This document shows, piece after piece, positions 9,560-18,265 of a stretch of DNA of 64,000 nt. This DNA comes from Candidatus Enterousia sp. (GTDB lineage Bacteria; Pseudomonadota; Alphaproteobacteria; Rs-D84): the NCBI GenBank assembly GCA_045133095.1, contig JBGUTP010000004.1, forward strand, positions 142,873 through 206,872. Reading direction: 5' to 3'. How positions within the stretch are numbered: the first letter of the stretch is position 1; each line of letters opens with the position of its first letter. The translations under genes and the position numbers were made by a program. The notes beneath the pieces were generated by a model that was given only the letters and a program-made list of their open reading frames with translations, ran no database searches and was not told the origin of the DNA.

Positions 9560-10006
9560 ATGTCTATCACACAAGATAACGGCAAAAAAGGCGAACAAGA
9601 AGTTGTCGATTTGGTATTGTGCCCAAATTGTAAAAAGAAATTGATGTTGTTGCCGCCGAATTATCCGTTGTGTGATATACAATGTACTGGCTGCCAATTC
9701 AGAGCACAGATTAAAACAGCAAACCATAAACCTTCATCTGTCATTCGTGGTGCAGGATGGGACATTATGGAAAAAGTGTTAAAAGCGGGTATACTGCCAC
9801 CATTACTTATTTTGAATTTCAAATGGAACGAAAAAGGCAAACAGTTTCAAGAAATTAGATTTTATCCATTTGTTCCAAAATCTCATTTGAAGAAATATAC
9901 CTTGTCACCAGAGGCTAGAAGAGCAAATTATAGGATGTTTAATTACGTAAATATGGATAAATTACCCTATGTAACACTGTATCAAAACCAAACAGAAACA
10001 GCATAG
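9560..10006 (+). CDS. Hypothetical protein with CxxC...CxxC zinc ribbon, possibly a PD-(D/E)xK-fold
   Basis: GKKGEQEV...LCPNCKKK...CDIQCTGCQFRAQIKTA. SD-like aggag lies 8 nt upstream of the ATG. Confidence 0.4.
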   Translation: MSITQDNGKKGEQEVVDLVLCPNCKKKLMLLPPNYPLCDIQCTGCQFRAQIKTANHKPSSVIRGAGWDIMEKVLKAGILPPLLILNFKWNEKGKQFQEIRFYPFVPKSHLKKYTLSPEARRANYRMFNYVNMDKLPYVTLYQNQTETA

Positions 10007-10176
10007 TTATACATCATGCGGAGAAATTCCGCAAACAGGTAATAGACACATAAATTTTATAAGCCTTATTAATCAGGCAATAATACAGCTGTAAGGTGCA
10101 GTACTTTTAACATATCATATGTATGACAATAAACATAAGCCCATACAGTATTAGACTAATGTACGAATTATACAAC

Positions 10177-11046
10177 TTAAATATTGGTATCGGATGGTAA
10201 AAACAACCAATTATATTCTGGAAAAGGTATTGGTTGGCCATAACCTAGACTTTTCATAATGCGCATAACTTCTTCTGCATGACAAGGCAAGTAATCGTGA
10301 CAATGCGCAGGAAAACTCTCTATAAATATAATTGGTTTGTATTTTTTTATAATATTCATCATCCCTTTTAGTGCTTCTATTTCAAAACCCTCTACATCTA
10401 TTTTTATAAAATCTAGTTTATTTACGTCCAATTTGAACCGATCTAGTGATACTATTGAAACAGAATATTTGTTTTTTGTATCTGACACTTTTATACTTGT
10501 ACCTCCAATATTATCAGATGCCATAAAATCAATTTCTCCCTTTCCATTATTGCTCCCCACCCCCATGTTAAAAGCCGTCACAATATTATCAATCTTGTTG
10601 ATTTTGATATTATTTGTTAACATTCTGAAGGTTTCTGGAATCGGTTCAAAAGCGATCACCCTTTTTGCTTCACCAACTGTCGCAAAAAATACCGAATGAT
10701 TGCCAATATTTGCCCCCACATCCAGTATGGTGGCATTTTTCGGTAAATATTTTAAAAGACGATAAAGAATATCTTGTTCAAAAAAATTAGATGTATTCAC
10801 TATGGTACGTTGAATTACATCCCATGGGTACAGCGGGCAATACATTTTTATAGAATTCGGCATTGTAAAAACGTCCTTATTTTGTATCAAAGACATTTTT
10901 CTACAAATAGTGTCTGTATCAGAATATACAGGGATATACTTTGGCAATATTCCGTGTTTCCTTTGGAATTTGCGACGGTTGTCTTTTGATATAATAAAAA
11001 AAGAGATTATTTTAAACACGCGTTGCATTATTTTTCCATATAACAT
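10177..11046 (-). CDS. FkbM-family SAM-dependent methyltransferase
   Basis: ILDVGANIGNHSVFFA...RVIAFEPIPETF...IDFIKIDVEGFE is typical of the Methyltransf_21/FkbM domain. Confidence 0.7.
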   Translation of the reverse strand: MLYGKIMQRVFKIISFFIISKDNRRKFQRKHGILPKYIPVYSDTDTICRKMSLIQNKDVFTMPNSIKMYCPLYPWDVIQRTIVNTSNFFEQDILYRLLKYLPKNATILDVGANIGNHSVFFATVGEAKRVIAFEPIPETFRMLTNNIKINKIDNIVTAFNMGVGSNNGKGEIDFMASDNIGGTSIKVSDTKNKYSVSIVSLDRFKLDVNKLDFIKIDVEGFEIEALKGMMNIIKKYKPIIFIESFPAHCHDYLPCHAEEVMRIMKSLGYGQPIPFPEYNWLFLPSDTNI

Positions 11047-11709
11047 TTAGTATATTTCCATTTTTTTATCCCAATCAATATTGTGTTTTACTATTTTTGC
11101 AGGATTACCAGCAATAACAGTATTTGTCTCTCTAAAACCCTTTGATATAACTGCGGCATTCGCAACAACCGTGTTATTTGGAATTTTTGCCCGTTTCGTA
11201 AAAATAGCATTTGCTCCAATCCAACAGTGATCACCAACAGTCAAAATGTCTTTTGGAATATTTATAACTCGTTTAGTGTCATTATCCATTAAGGCATGAA
11301 AATCAGAAGCCCAAACTTGAACATCCCTAGAAATCAAACAATCTTTACCAATACAACATTTTGCCCCAGCTGATATGTAAATGTGTATTTCGCTTATGTA
11401 TGTATTATCGCCAATAGAAAGATAATTACTATTTCCACGTTCCATTAATATATTTGTATCGTTAAACATGCAGTTTTTACCTAAATTTACAACATTATCA
11501 TCGGATAATATGGTAATATTTATGTTAGACTGGTTTAGCGGAAGCGAAATATAAATTCTATTATTATTTCCATGTATTTTAATTTTGCCTAGCTTTCGAA
11601 TTTCTTTTTGCCCCAGCTTAAAAAGCTTGTCATTGATAACAGCCGCGACAATGTTGTTTTTTCCTTTTACATCTAATTTTCTTGAATTAAATTTTAACAT
11701 ATCATGCAA
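11047..11709 (-). CDS. Hexapeptide-repeat (left-handed beta-helix) sugar O-acetyltransferase
   Basis: Repetitive [LIV]G..xxI hexads. The C-terminal HCWIGANAIFTKRAKIPNNTVVANAAVI resembles LacA/WbbJ/Vat-type acetyltransferases. Confidence 0.65.
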   Translation of the reverse strand: MHDMLKFNSRKLDVKGKNNIVAAVINDKLFKLGQKEIRKLGKIKIHGNNNRIYISLPLNQSNINITILSDDNVVNLGKNCMFNDTNILMERGNSNYLSIGDNTYISEIHIYISAGAKCCIGKDCLISRDVQVWASDFHALMDNDTKRVINIPKDILTVGDHCWIGANAIFTKRAKIPNNTVVANAAVISKGFRETNTVIAGNPAKIVKHNIDWDKKMEIY

Positions 11710-11761
11710 TATTGTAATTTATAGTGCTACTTTTTCAAGCTTTTTCTTGAAATTTGATATT

Positions 11762-12556
11762 ATGTGTATAATTATGGGAAAAAGAGGTTTTGCATTGATC
11801 CCAAAAATTTCCGTTTTTATGCCTGCATACAATTCTGAAGAATTTATAGCAGAAGCCATAGAAAGTATTTTAAATCAAACTTTTAAAGATTTTGAATTTA
11901 TCATAATCAATGATGGTTCTACAGATCATACGTGGGACATAATACAAAAATATGCAAGGCAGGACAACAGAATCCGCGCATACTCCAGATGTATAAACAA
12001 GGGGATTGTTTATACTGCTAATGAAGGCTTTGAACTTGCAAGGGGCGAATATATCGCTCGAATGGATAGTGACGACATATCACTACCTGAACGTTTTGAA
12101 AAACAGATAAAATATATGGAAACCCATCCCGACATCGGCTTGCTGGGGGCCTGGACACAGTATTTTCCGGGTTTTGATATCTCAAAAAGACCGGAGAACA
12201 TCAATTTGTTTTACCTATTAAAAGATTGCCCTGTAGACCAGCCTGTTGTAATGATTAGAAAATCAGTCATAGATAAATACCATTTACGTTATGATGAAGA
12301 CTATCTGGCATGCGAAGACCAAGAATTATGGTTCAGATTAATAAAAGTATCCAGGATTGCTAACTTGCAGGAATTATTGTTAATGCACAGATGGCACGGG
12401 AATAATATTTCAATCAAAATGGGCGACATTCAGCAACAGAACATCCAAAAAATTCGAAGACAGATTTTAAATTTCATAACGACAGACAAAAAAGAACAAG
12501 ATGCAATAAAAAAAATTATACCAGAAATGCTTGCACCCTTGCTATTAAAAACTTGA
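11762..12556 (+). CDS. Family 2 glycosyltransferase
   Basis: ISVFMPAYNSEEFIAEAIESILNQTFKDFEFIIINDGSTD...RMDSDDIS is the GT2 DxD architecture. The ORF track extends to 11585, but that part overlaps the convergent acetyltransferase; the internal Met at 11762 or 11774 is the likely start. Confidence 0.75.
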   Translation: MCIIMGKRGFALIPKISVFMPAYNSEEFIAEAIESILNQTFKDFEFIIINDGSTDHTWDIIQKYARQDNRIRAYSRCINKGIVYTANEGFELARGEYIARMDSDDISLPERFEKQIKYMETHPDIGLLGAWTQYFPGFDISKRPENINLFYLLKDCPVDQPVVMIRKSVIDKYHLRYDEDYLACEDQELWFRLIKVSRIANLQELLLMHRWHGNNISIKMGDIQQQNIQKIRRQILNFITTDKKEQDAIKKIIPEMLAPLLLKT

Positions 12557-12604
12557 CAATCTTGTTATCTGTGCTACAACATATGTAAACACAGGGGCTG
12601 TGAC

Positions 12605-14056
12605 ATGAAATTTGAATACGGTGTTGATTTAATACAATTAGCAGACAATATCTACTGTTTGAATAACGCCTATAGACAGACGCAAATTTTCGGAAACAGA
12701 AAACTCAAAGAATATTTTGAAAAAGTATGCAAAAACAATTCTGTGAATGCAGACGTGTACAACATGTTTTTACAAAATAATTTCTTAACAGATAAGCCGG
12801 CAGATGCGTACAAACAAAAACTATTACAAGATTCTTTAATATACAGTGCAAAGCCAGAATTTAACTTATTAAGAATTTTACTGACCGATGTTTGTAATTT
12901 AAATTGCGATTATTGCAAGGTTGTAAAATTGATAGATACCCCATCGGCAAAACCAACAAAACAAGAACGTTTGGAAGAAGCTATAAAGTTCTTTTTTGAA
13001 AATTCTATACCATATGAGCCTAAAATAATTCATATCACTGGCGGTGAACCCACATTGTTTTTTGATAGTATTAAGCAAATAGTACAATATAAAAAGAAAT
13101 ATATGCGCCCAAATGAAAATTGCTGGGTTGTGGTAGGCACAAACGCTATAGCTATAACACCAGATAAAGCAAAATTTTTTGCCGACAATAACATAAAATG
13201 TATTGTGTCAATGGATGGACCAGAACATACGCATAATTTATTACGAAAAAACCACGCAGGCCACGGAACCTGGGCAACAGTTGATAAAAACATTAAACTG
13301 TTACAATCATATGGTGTTGAAATATCTATTTCAGCCGTTATGGGCAAGCACACGATTTATAACGCTGATGAAAATATATCGTTCCTGGTTAATGAATACC
13401 ATCCAACAGGTCTGGGGATCAATTTTATGAAGCCACCAACCACAAATTCAGCTGACTATGAATATTTAATTGATGAAAAACTATATGCAGAAACGATGTA
13501 CAAACTGCATCAAAACTATCGAAACCGTGGCGTGTTCTTTGAGTTAATTTTCAGACACTTGGAACCATTTGTACAACAAACTTTCAGATTTCATGATTGT
13601 GGTGCTGCGGCCAGTAAAAATTTAAACATTGATGCAAAAGGAAATATCGGACCGTGCAAATCTTTCTTATTGCTAAATAAAATGGCTATGAAGGATATAA
13701 ATATCCAAGAATATATTGATATCGTATCTACAAATTGGGAAAAACGTTCACCAATTCATTTTGCTCCCTGTCAAAATTGCCCAAGTATCGGCATATGCGG
13801 AAATGGCTGTGCATATGATGCATTTATAAACAATAGCGATATGTTAGCCATAGATACACGAGGGTGCAAATATGTAAAATATTTTTATAAATTGTTCTTG
13901 CAAGACTTGTATGAAATATCGCGTAAAACACATAGCGGGCAAGATATTTTTATACCAACGCAATCTGATAGATTGCAAATGTTGGGAAATGTAAAAGAAA
14001 TTCAAAATTCCTTAAGTTATTCAATAGGACATCAGACGAAACTGTTTCAAAAATGA
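12605..14056 (+). CDS. Radical SAM enzyme with C-terminal SPASM/twitch Cys cluster
   Basis: CNLNCDYC is the CxxxCxxC motif. ITGGEP glycine-rich SAM motif. C-terminal Cys cluster CGAAAS...GPCKS...APCQNCPSIGICGNGCAYDA. 483 aa with an ~95-aa N-terminal extension. Confidence 0.8.
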   Translation: MKFEYGVDLIQLADNIYCLNNAYRQTQIFGNRKLKEYFEKVCKNNSVNADVYNMFLQNNFLTDKPADAYKQKLLQDSLIYSAKPEFNLLRILLTDVCNLNCDYCKVVKLIDTPSAKPTKQERLEEAIKFFFENSIPYEPKIIHITGGEPTLFFDSIKQIVQYKKKYMRPNENCWVVVGTNAIAITPDKAKFFADNNIKCIVSMDGPEHTHNLLRKNHAGHGTWATVDKNIKLLQSYGVEISISAVMGKHTIYNADENISFLVNEYHPTGLGINFMKPPTTNSADYEYLIDEKLYAETMYKLHQNYRNRGVFFELIFRHLEPFVQQTFRFHDCGAAASKNLNIDAKGNIGPCKSFLLLNKMAMKDINIQEYIDIVSTNWEKRSPIHFAPCQNCPSIGICGNGCAYDAFINNSDMLAIDTRGCKYVKYFYKLFLQDLYEISRKTHSGQDIFIPTQSDRLQMLGNVKEIQNSLSYSIGHQTKLFQK

Positions 14057-14655
14057 TAAAACAAAATCATTTATTTTCTGTTTTAATGACTGGTTACAGT
14101 ATTCTGAAACGACGCAATAATTTTGTACATAATTTTAACCATTGTAAACGCGTATTTTTTAATAATGTGCGGATTTTAGGGTTAAGTTCTTTACCAAGTC
14201 TTCGAATTTTAATATTATCGGCCATGTGGCACGACGTTGGACAAAACGACTTCAAACAACAAGCAAAAAATCATCATATATATTCCGCCAGACTATTCAA
14301 ATACTTTACTAAAGAACAAACATATTCAGACATAGTTGTGAATATAATTTTATGCCATAGAAATCGTGGAGCCAATAAGCAATTTTCTCCAAAGACATTA
14401 TTAGAAAAAGCTTTTTTCGATGCCGACAAATTAGACATATTAAATATACCACGATCAAAAAAACTGATAAAATTATACTCTTATGGGTTTTCGTGCGGAG
14501 AGTTTAATATCAAGGACACGCTTGATTTTTGGGAAAACTTTATTATAAACGGCGAAAAAACTTTATTCTTAGAAAGCTCCAAGAAAATATTTCGTAAGAG
14601 AATAAAAAAATTTATACAATTTGTCATATACACCAAAGGAAAATATAATGTCTGA
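14053..14655 (+). CDS. HD-domain-like phosphohydrolase (tentative)
   Basis: H/D-containing segments SAMWHDVG, ILCHRNRG and FFDADKLDIL. The ATGA start overlaps the upstream stop. Confidence 0.35.
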   Translation: MIKQNHLFSVLMTGYSILKRRNNFVHNFNHCKRVFFNNVRILGLSSLPSLRILILSAMWHDVGQNDFKQQAKNHHIYSARLFKYFTKEQTYSDIVVNIILCHRNRGANKQFSPKTLLEKAFFDADKLDILNIPRSKKLIKLYSYGFSCGEFNIKDTLDFWENFIINGEKTLFLESSKKIFRKRIKKFIQFVIYTKGKYNV

Positions 14656-16015
14656 TACGAACAAAGTGGAAATTACAAACATGGATGTTTTTTTTGATTA
14701 CGTCAAAAAACATTTTTTTGCCGACATTACAAACCAGCCATATTTATTGAAAAGCACCCCGAACAGTGTGTTGAACCCCATTCTAGACACATTAAAATCT
14801 CATTTGTCAGATGACAACGTCAAGCAAATAAAAAATATTTTGTTTTATAAGTGGATTTATACCAACGGAATGAAATCCCTATTATTGAATCCGCATTCAG
14901 ATTATATCATACGAAATAGTATTGGATATGAATTTACACCGAAACAAGAGCTTTATGGACATTTATTACAAATTAAAGACTATTTCGACTATATGATAGA
15001 TTTTTATATTGAAAAAAATATGGCTTATAAATTGAAATTAGCATTATTTACATCGGAAACATTTGAATCAGCATTTAATAAGGCAAATATCGAATTTGAA
15101 AAGAGAGTAAAAAGAAATTCTGCCTTGGGGATAGATAATGAAAAAAACATCCTGCTGCATCTGGATAATGGATATAAGCTTGTAAAATTAAATACAGTAT
15201 ACGATTTAGATTATGAAGGATTGTGCATCGGACACTGTATTGGCGAAGGTGTTTTAGACAAAGAAATTAACGACACAAAATCAACAATAACTATTTGCTC
15301 TTTGCGCAAAGACATGTTGGTAAAGGAACGTATCTCCGGTAAAAACATTGTTCGTTCAATACCTTTTGCTTCAATTGTCATAGATCGTTTTGAAAAACTT
15401 CCAAACGGAAAAATATCAGGCAATGTGATTTCCATTGAGGGGCACATCGCTGGGAAAGTTAGATACTACCTAAAAAACCAATTGGACAAACAAGATGCCT
15501 GGAAGGGAAGATTTCCCCCATATATTCATCCTACTTCCGTATCAAACGAAGAAATCGAGTGTCGGAACACCGAACTACAACGAACGCTAACAAACTTCTT
15601 TATGCAAAACAAATTGATAATATGCGGAGAGAGAAAGTATACAACATGTTTGACCCAGGATTATAAGATCGACATGCCAACAACATATTCTATAAGAATT
15701 CGGACCCAGGATGATTTAATTCGAGCTAGCCAACAAGGTTTTTATCATATTGTTATCCCTTCATACGATATGTTTATACCAACAATTCAGCCGATAAGGG
15801 TGGAGCCTTTTGAGAATAAACATAGTTTAAACATAACAAAGTCAGGAACATACGATTTAACGGAGATGCAGAATTTAAAAACAATAAATGTTTCTGCTAG
15901 CCAAGTAACAATATATTGTTATAATTGTAATAATTTGCAAAATATTAATCGTCTAACAGACACAAAAGTGTTGATAGAACGCAATAAATATAATATCATA
16001 CAAAACACTCACTAA
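14648..16015 (+). CDS. Hypothetical protein (~455 aa), no recognisable domain
   Basis: Long ORF inside a same-strand operon. The Met at 14648 follows ggaaa and overlaps the upstream gene end. It contains LDYEGLCIGHCIGEG. Confidence 0.45.
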   Translation: MSDTNKVEITNMDVFFDYVKKHFFADITNQPYLLKSTPNSVLNPILDTLKSHLSDDNVKQIKNILFYKWIYTNGMKSLLLNPHSDYIIRNSIGYEFTPKQELYGHLLQIKDYFDYMIDFYIEKNMAYKLKLALFTSETFESAFNKANIEFEKRVKRNSALGIDNEKNILLHLDNGYKLVKLNTVYDLDYEGLCIGHCIGEGVLDKEINDTKSTITICSLRKDMLVKERISGKNIVRSIPFASIVIDRFEKLPNGKISGNVISIEGHIAGKVRYYLKNQLDKQDAWKGRFPPYIHPTSVSNEEIECRNTELQRTLTNFFMQNKLIICGERKYTTCLTQDYKIDMPTTYSIRIRTQDDLIRASQQGFYHIVIPSYDMFIPTIQPIRVEPFENKHSLNITKSGTYDLTEMQNLKTINVSASQVTIYCYNCNNLQNINRLTDTKVLIERNKYNIIQNTH

Positions 16016-16026
16016 GGATTGCTTTT

Positions 16027-16896
16027 ATGAAAATATACAAAGATGGCTGGCTAGAAACTGGCGAGGGACATAGTATTTATTATATGTTATTAGGCAACCC
16101 AAATGGCACACCTGTTTTGTCTTTTCATGCTGGCCCTGGGGATTGTTCATGGGCAGGATTTTATGATTTTTTAGACGAAAAAAAATATAACATTATTACA
16201 TTTGACCAACGTGGCTGTGGAAAATCTGAGCCCTTTGGCAAAATAGAAGATAACACAATTGACAAAATTTTAGCGGATGCAAAGGCATTGCTTGACTTTA
16301 TTGGCATTCAGGATAAATGTATTTTATTTGGTGGGTCCTGGGGCAGCACTTTGGCATTGGCTTTTGGGGCAAAATTTCCACATATAACAAAATCCTTGGT
16401 GCTATCAAATGTTTTGTTGGGCCGCCATCATGATTTAAAAAAACTGATGTCTGATTTAAAAAAATTTAAGCCATTATCAGATTATGATGTTGATGAAAAT
16501 AATATATTCTTGAAAATAAAGCAGGCGATATGTAAAAACGATATTGAATTTTTGTCAAAATATAATGATTATGAAATATATAAATATACATTTCATAGAA
16601 GCGATGGGTTAAAAACAAATTTGATAGAAAAAGATTTCTTACAAAAACGTCTTTATTGTAACTTTTTATGTAACAACCTATTTTTGTCAAACAAAGGTAT
16701 TGTGAATGAGTTGCAAAAACTGTCTGACAAGCCCATTTTCTTGGTACATAATAAATACGACCCGATATGTAATATAGAGCAAGCACATCTTTTAAAAAAG
16801 CATCTACCACAAACAGAATTGGTCGTGTTAAACAAACGTGGGCACGGAGGAGATTTCCAAATTGACACACTTAAAAAATTCTTCAAAAAAGCTTAA
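16027..16896 (+). CDS. Alpha/beta hydrolase, proline-iminopeptidase-like (S33 family)
   Basis: Nucleophile elbow FGGSWGSTLALAFG (GxSxG) with HAGPGDC upstream matches the prolyl aminopeptidase pattern. Confidence 0.7.
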   Translation: MKIYKDGWLETGEGHSIYYMLLGNPNGTPVLSFHAGPGDCSWAGFYDFLDEKKYNIITFDQRGCGKSEPFGKIEDNTIDKILADAKALLDFIGIQDKCILFGGSWGSTLALAFGAKFPHITKSLVLSNVLLGRHHDLKKLMSDLKKFKPLSDYDVDENNIFLKIKQAICKNDIEFLSKYNDYEIYKYTFHRSDGLKTNLIEKDFLQKRLYCNFLCNNLFLSNKGIVNELQKLSDKPIFLVHNKYDPICNIEQAHLLKKHLPQTELVVLNKRGHGGDFQIDTLKKFFKKA

Positions 16897-18067
16897 TGTT
16901 TGTTTAGTTTATCCTGGCTATCCGCCATATGAACAAGAATCCGGGGGGATTGCATCATATGTCCAGGAAACAGTACAGTTTTTGACCGCATCGGGGCACA
17001 ATGTTGTTGTTATTTCCCGTGCGCCTAGCATATCGCACATTATCAAAAAAAACACAAAAGGCGCCCATATTATATATCTGCCACATTTCTTGCCACGCAT
17101 CAGCAAATTATTTCCCCTGTTAAAATTTAATAAATACGGGGCATATTTTTATTCATATAAAGCATACAAATATTTAAACAAGATAGAAAAAGAAACTCAT
17201 ATACGATTTGATGTTATTGAAGCTAGCGATTGGGGCGGCGAAGGTTATTTTTTTGTAAAGAAATTTCCAAAGAGAACAATTATAAAATGTGACACCCCAA
17301 GTTTTATATCAGAATCATACAACCCAAACAACCCGGCGTATTTAAGTTCTTTTGTAAAAAGGCTAGAACAAAAAACATTATTAAATGCTAAAAACATCGT
17401 ATCAAACAGTAAAAAATTAATGCAAAAAATAAATAGCGTACTACATAAAAAATTATCTTTTACTTTGATTCAATTATCAATGAAAACAACGCCTGCCTAT
17501 AAAACAAAGTACGAGAGCAAATTTTCAAAAAATAATCCAATGAAAATTATCTTTTCTGGCAGAATAGAGAAACGAAAAGGGATTTTCAACCTAATAAAAG
17601 CGGTAAAACAACTGAGAGATCAGGGGATATTTTTGGAACTTTATTGTTTTGGTGCTTCAACGCCTGTTAAACAAACGGACACCATAACAATATTACAAAA
17701 TAAAGGATATGAGTGGCTTCATTTTTATGGTTCTGTTCCAAGGAAACAAATGATAGAACAATATAAAAATTATGATTTATGTGTTGTTCCGTCCGTATTC
17801 GACAGTTTTTGCCTTACAGCACTGGAAGCAATATACTCAAAACTGCCAACCATTATGTCTAACACGACCGGCATTACAGATTTAATATCCAACAAGAGCC
17901 TTGTTTTTTGTTCGTTTGACGAAATGCTATTGAAGCTTAAAGATGCATACTATAACTATTCAACCTATATCTCAGCAATCAACTCTACCTCAACTGAATT
18001 ATATCATAAAACACAGACAGCTAATAGGGACCGATTAAATTATTATTATAAAGTCTCACCCACTTGA
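16838..18067 (+). CDS. Family 4 (GT-B, group 1) glycosyltransferase
   Basis: The N-terminal LVYPGYPPYEQESGGIASYVQETVQFLTASGHNVVVIS and C-terminal RIEKRKGIFNLIKAV...EAIYSKLPTIMSNTTGITDLI match the GT4 pattern. The 59-nt overlap with the upstream gene leaves the start uncertain. Confidence 0.7.
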   Translation: MGTEEISKLTHLKNSSKKLNVCLVYPGYPPYEQESGGIASYVQETVQFLTASGHNVVVISRAPSISHIIKKNTKGAHIIYLPHFLPRISKLFPLLKFNKYGAYFYSYKAYKYLNKIEKETHIRFDVIEASDWGGEGYFFVKKFPKRTIIKCDTPSFISESYNPNNPAYLSSFVKRLEQKTLLNAKNIVSNSKKLMQKINSVLHKKLSFTLIQLSMKTTPAYKTKYESKFSKNNPMKIIFSGRIEKRKGIFNLIKAVKQLRDQGIFLELYCFGASTPVKQTDTITILQNKGYEWLHFYGSVPRKQMIEQYKNYDLCVVPSVFDSFCLTALEAIYSKLPTIMSNTTGITDLISNKSLVFCSFDEMLLKLKDAYYNYSTYISAINSTSTELYHKTQTANRDRLNYYYKVSPT

Positions 18068-18129
18068 TACTGTATATTAAATACATCAATGCTTTTTTAC
18101 AGTGGACAATGTTATCTTTAGATACAAAT

Positions 18130-18220
18130 GAAACGCCGCCAGTGGCTGGTCAGCCGCCCGTCGCATCAGCAGAACTTTATCACCATCCCTAAAAATCGCA
18201 GCAGTTACTTTCATATTTCC
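18130..18220 (-). pseudogene. Truncated 5' fragment (~90 nt) of the NUDIX/mutT gene
   Basis: The sequence ccagtggctggtcagccgcccgtcgcatcagcagaactttatcaccatccctaaaaatcgcagcagttactttcat matches the first ~30 codons of both full mutT copies, including the ATG. Confidence 0.6.
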
Positions 18221-18265
18221 CTTCATAGCTCTGATACGCCCCCGTTCTTCCCCATAGCAATATGA

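Noticed and set aside
11585-11761. 5' extension of the GT2 ORF back to 11585
   Set aside because: The extension overlaps the convergent acetyltransferase gene and encodes a hydrophobic low-information peptide. The GT2 catalytic domain begins after the internal Met at 11762/11774.
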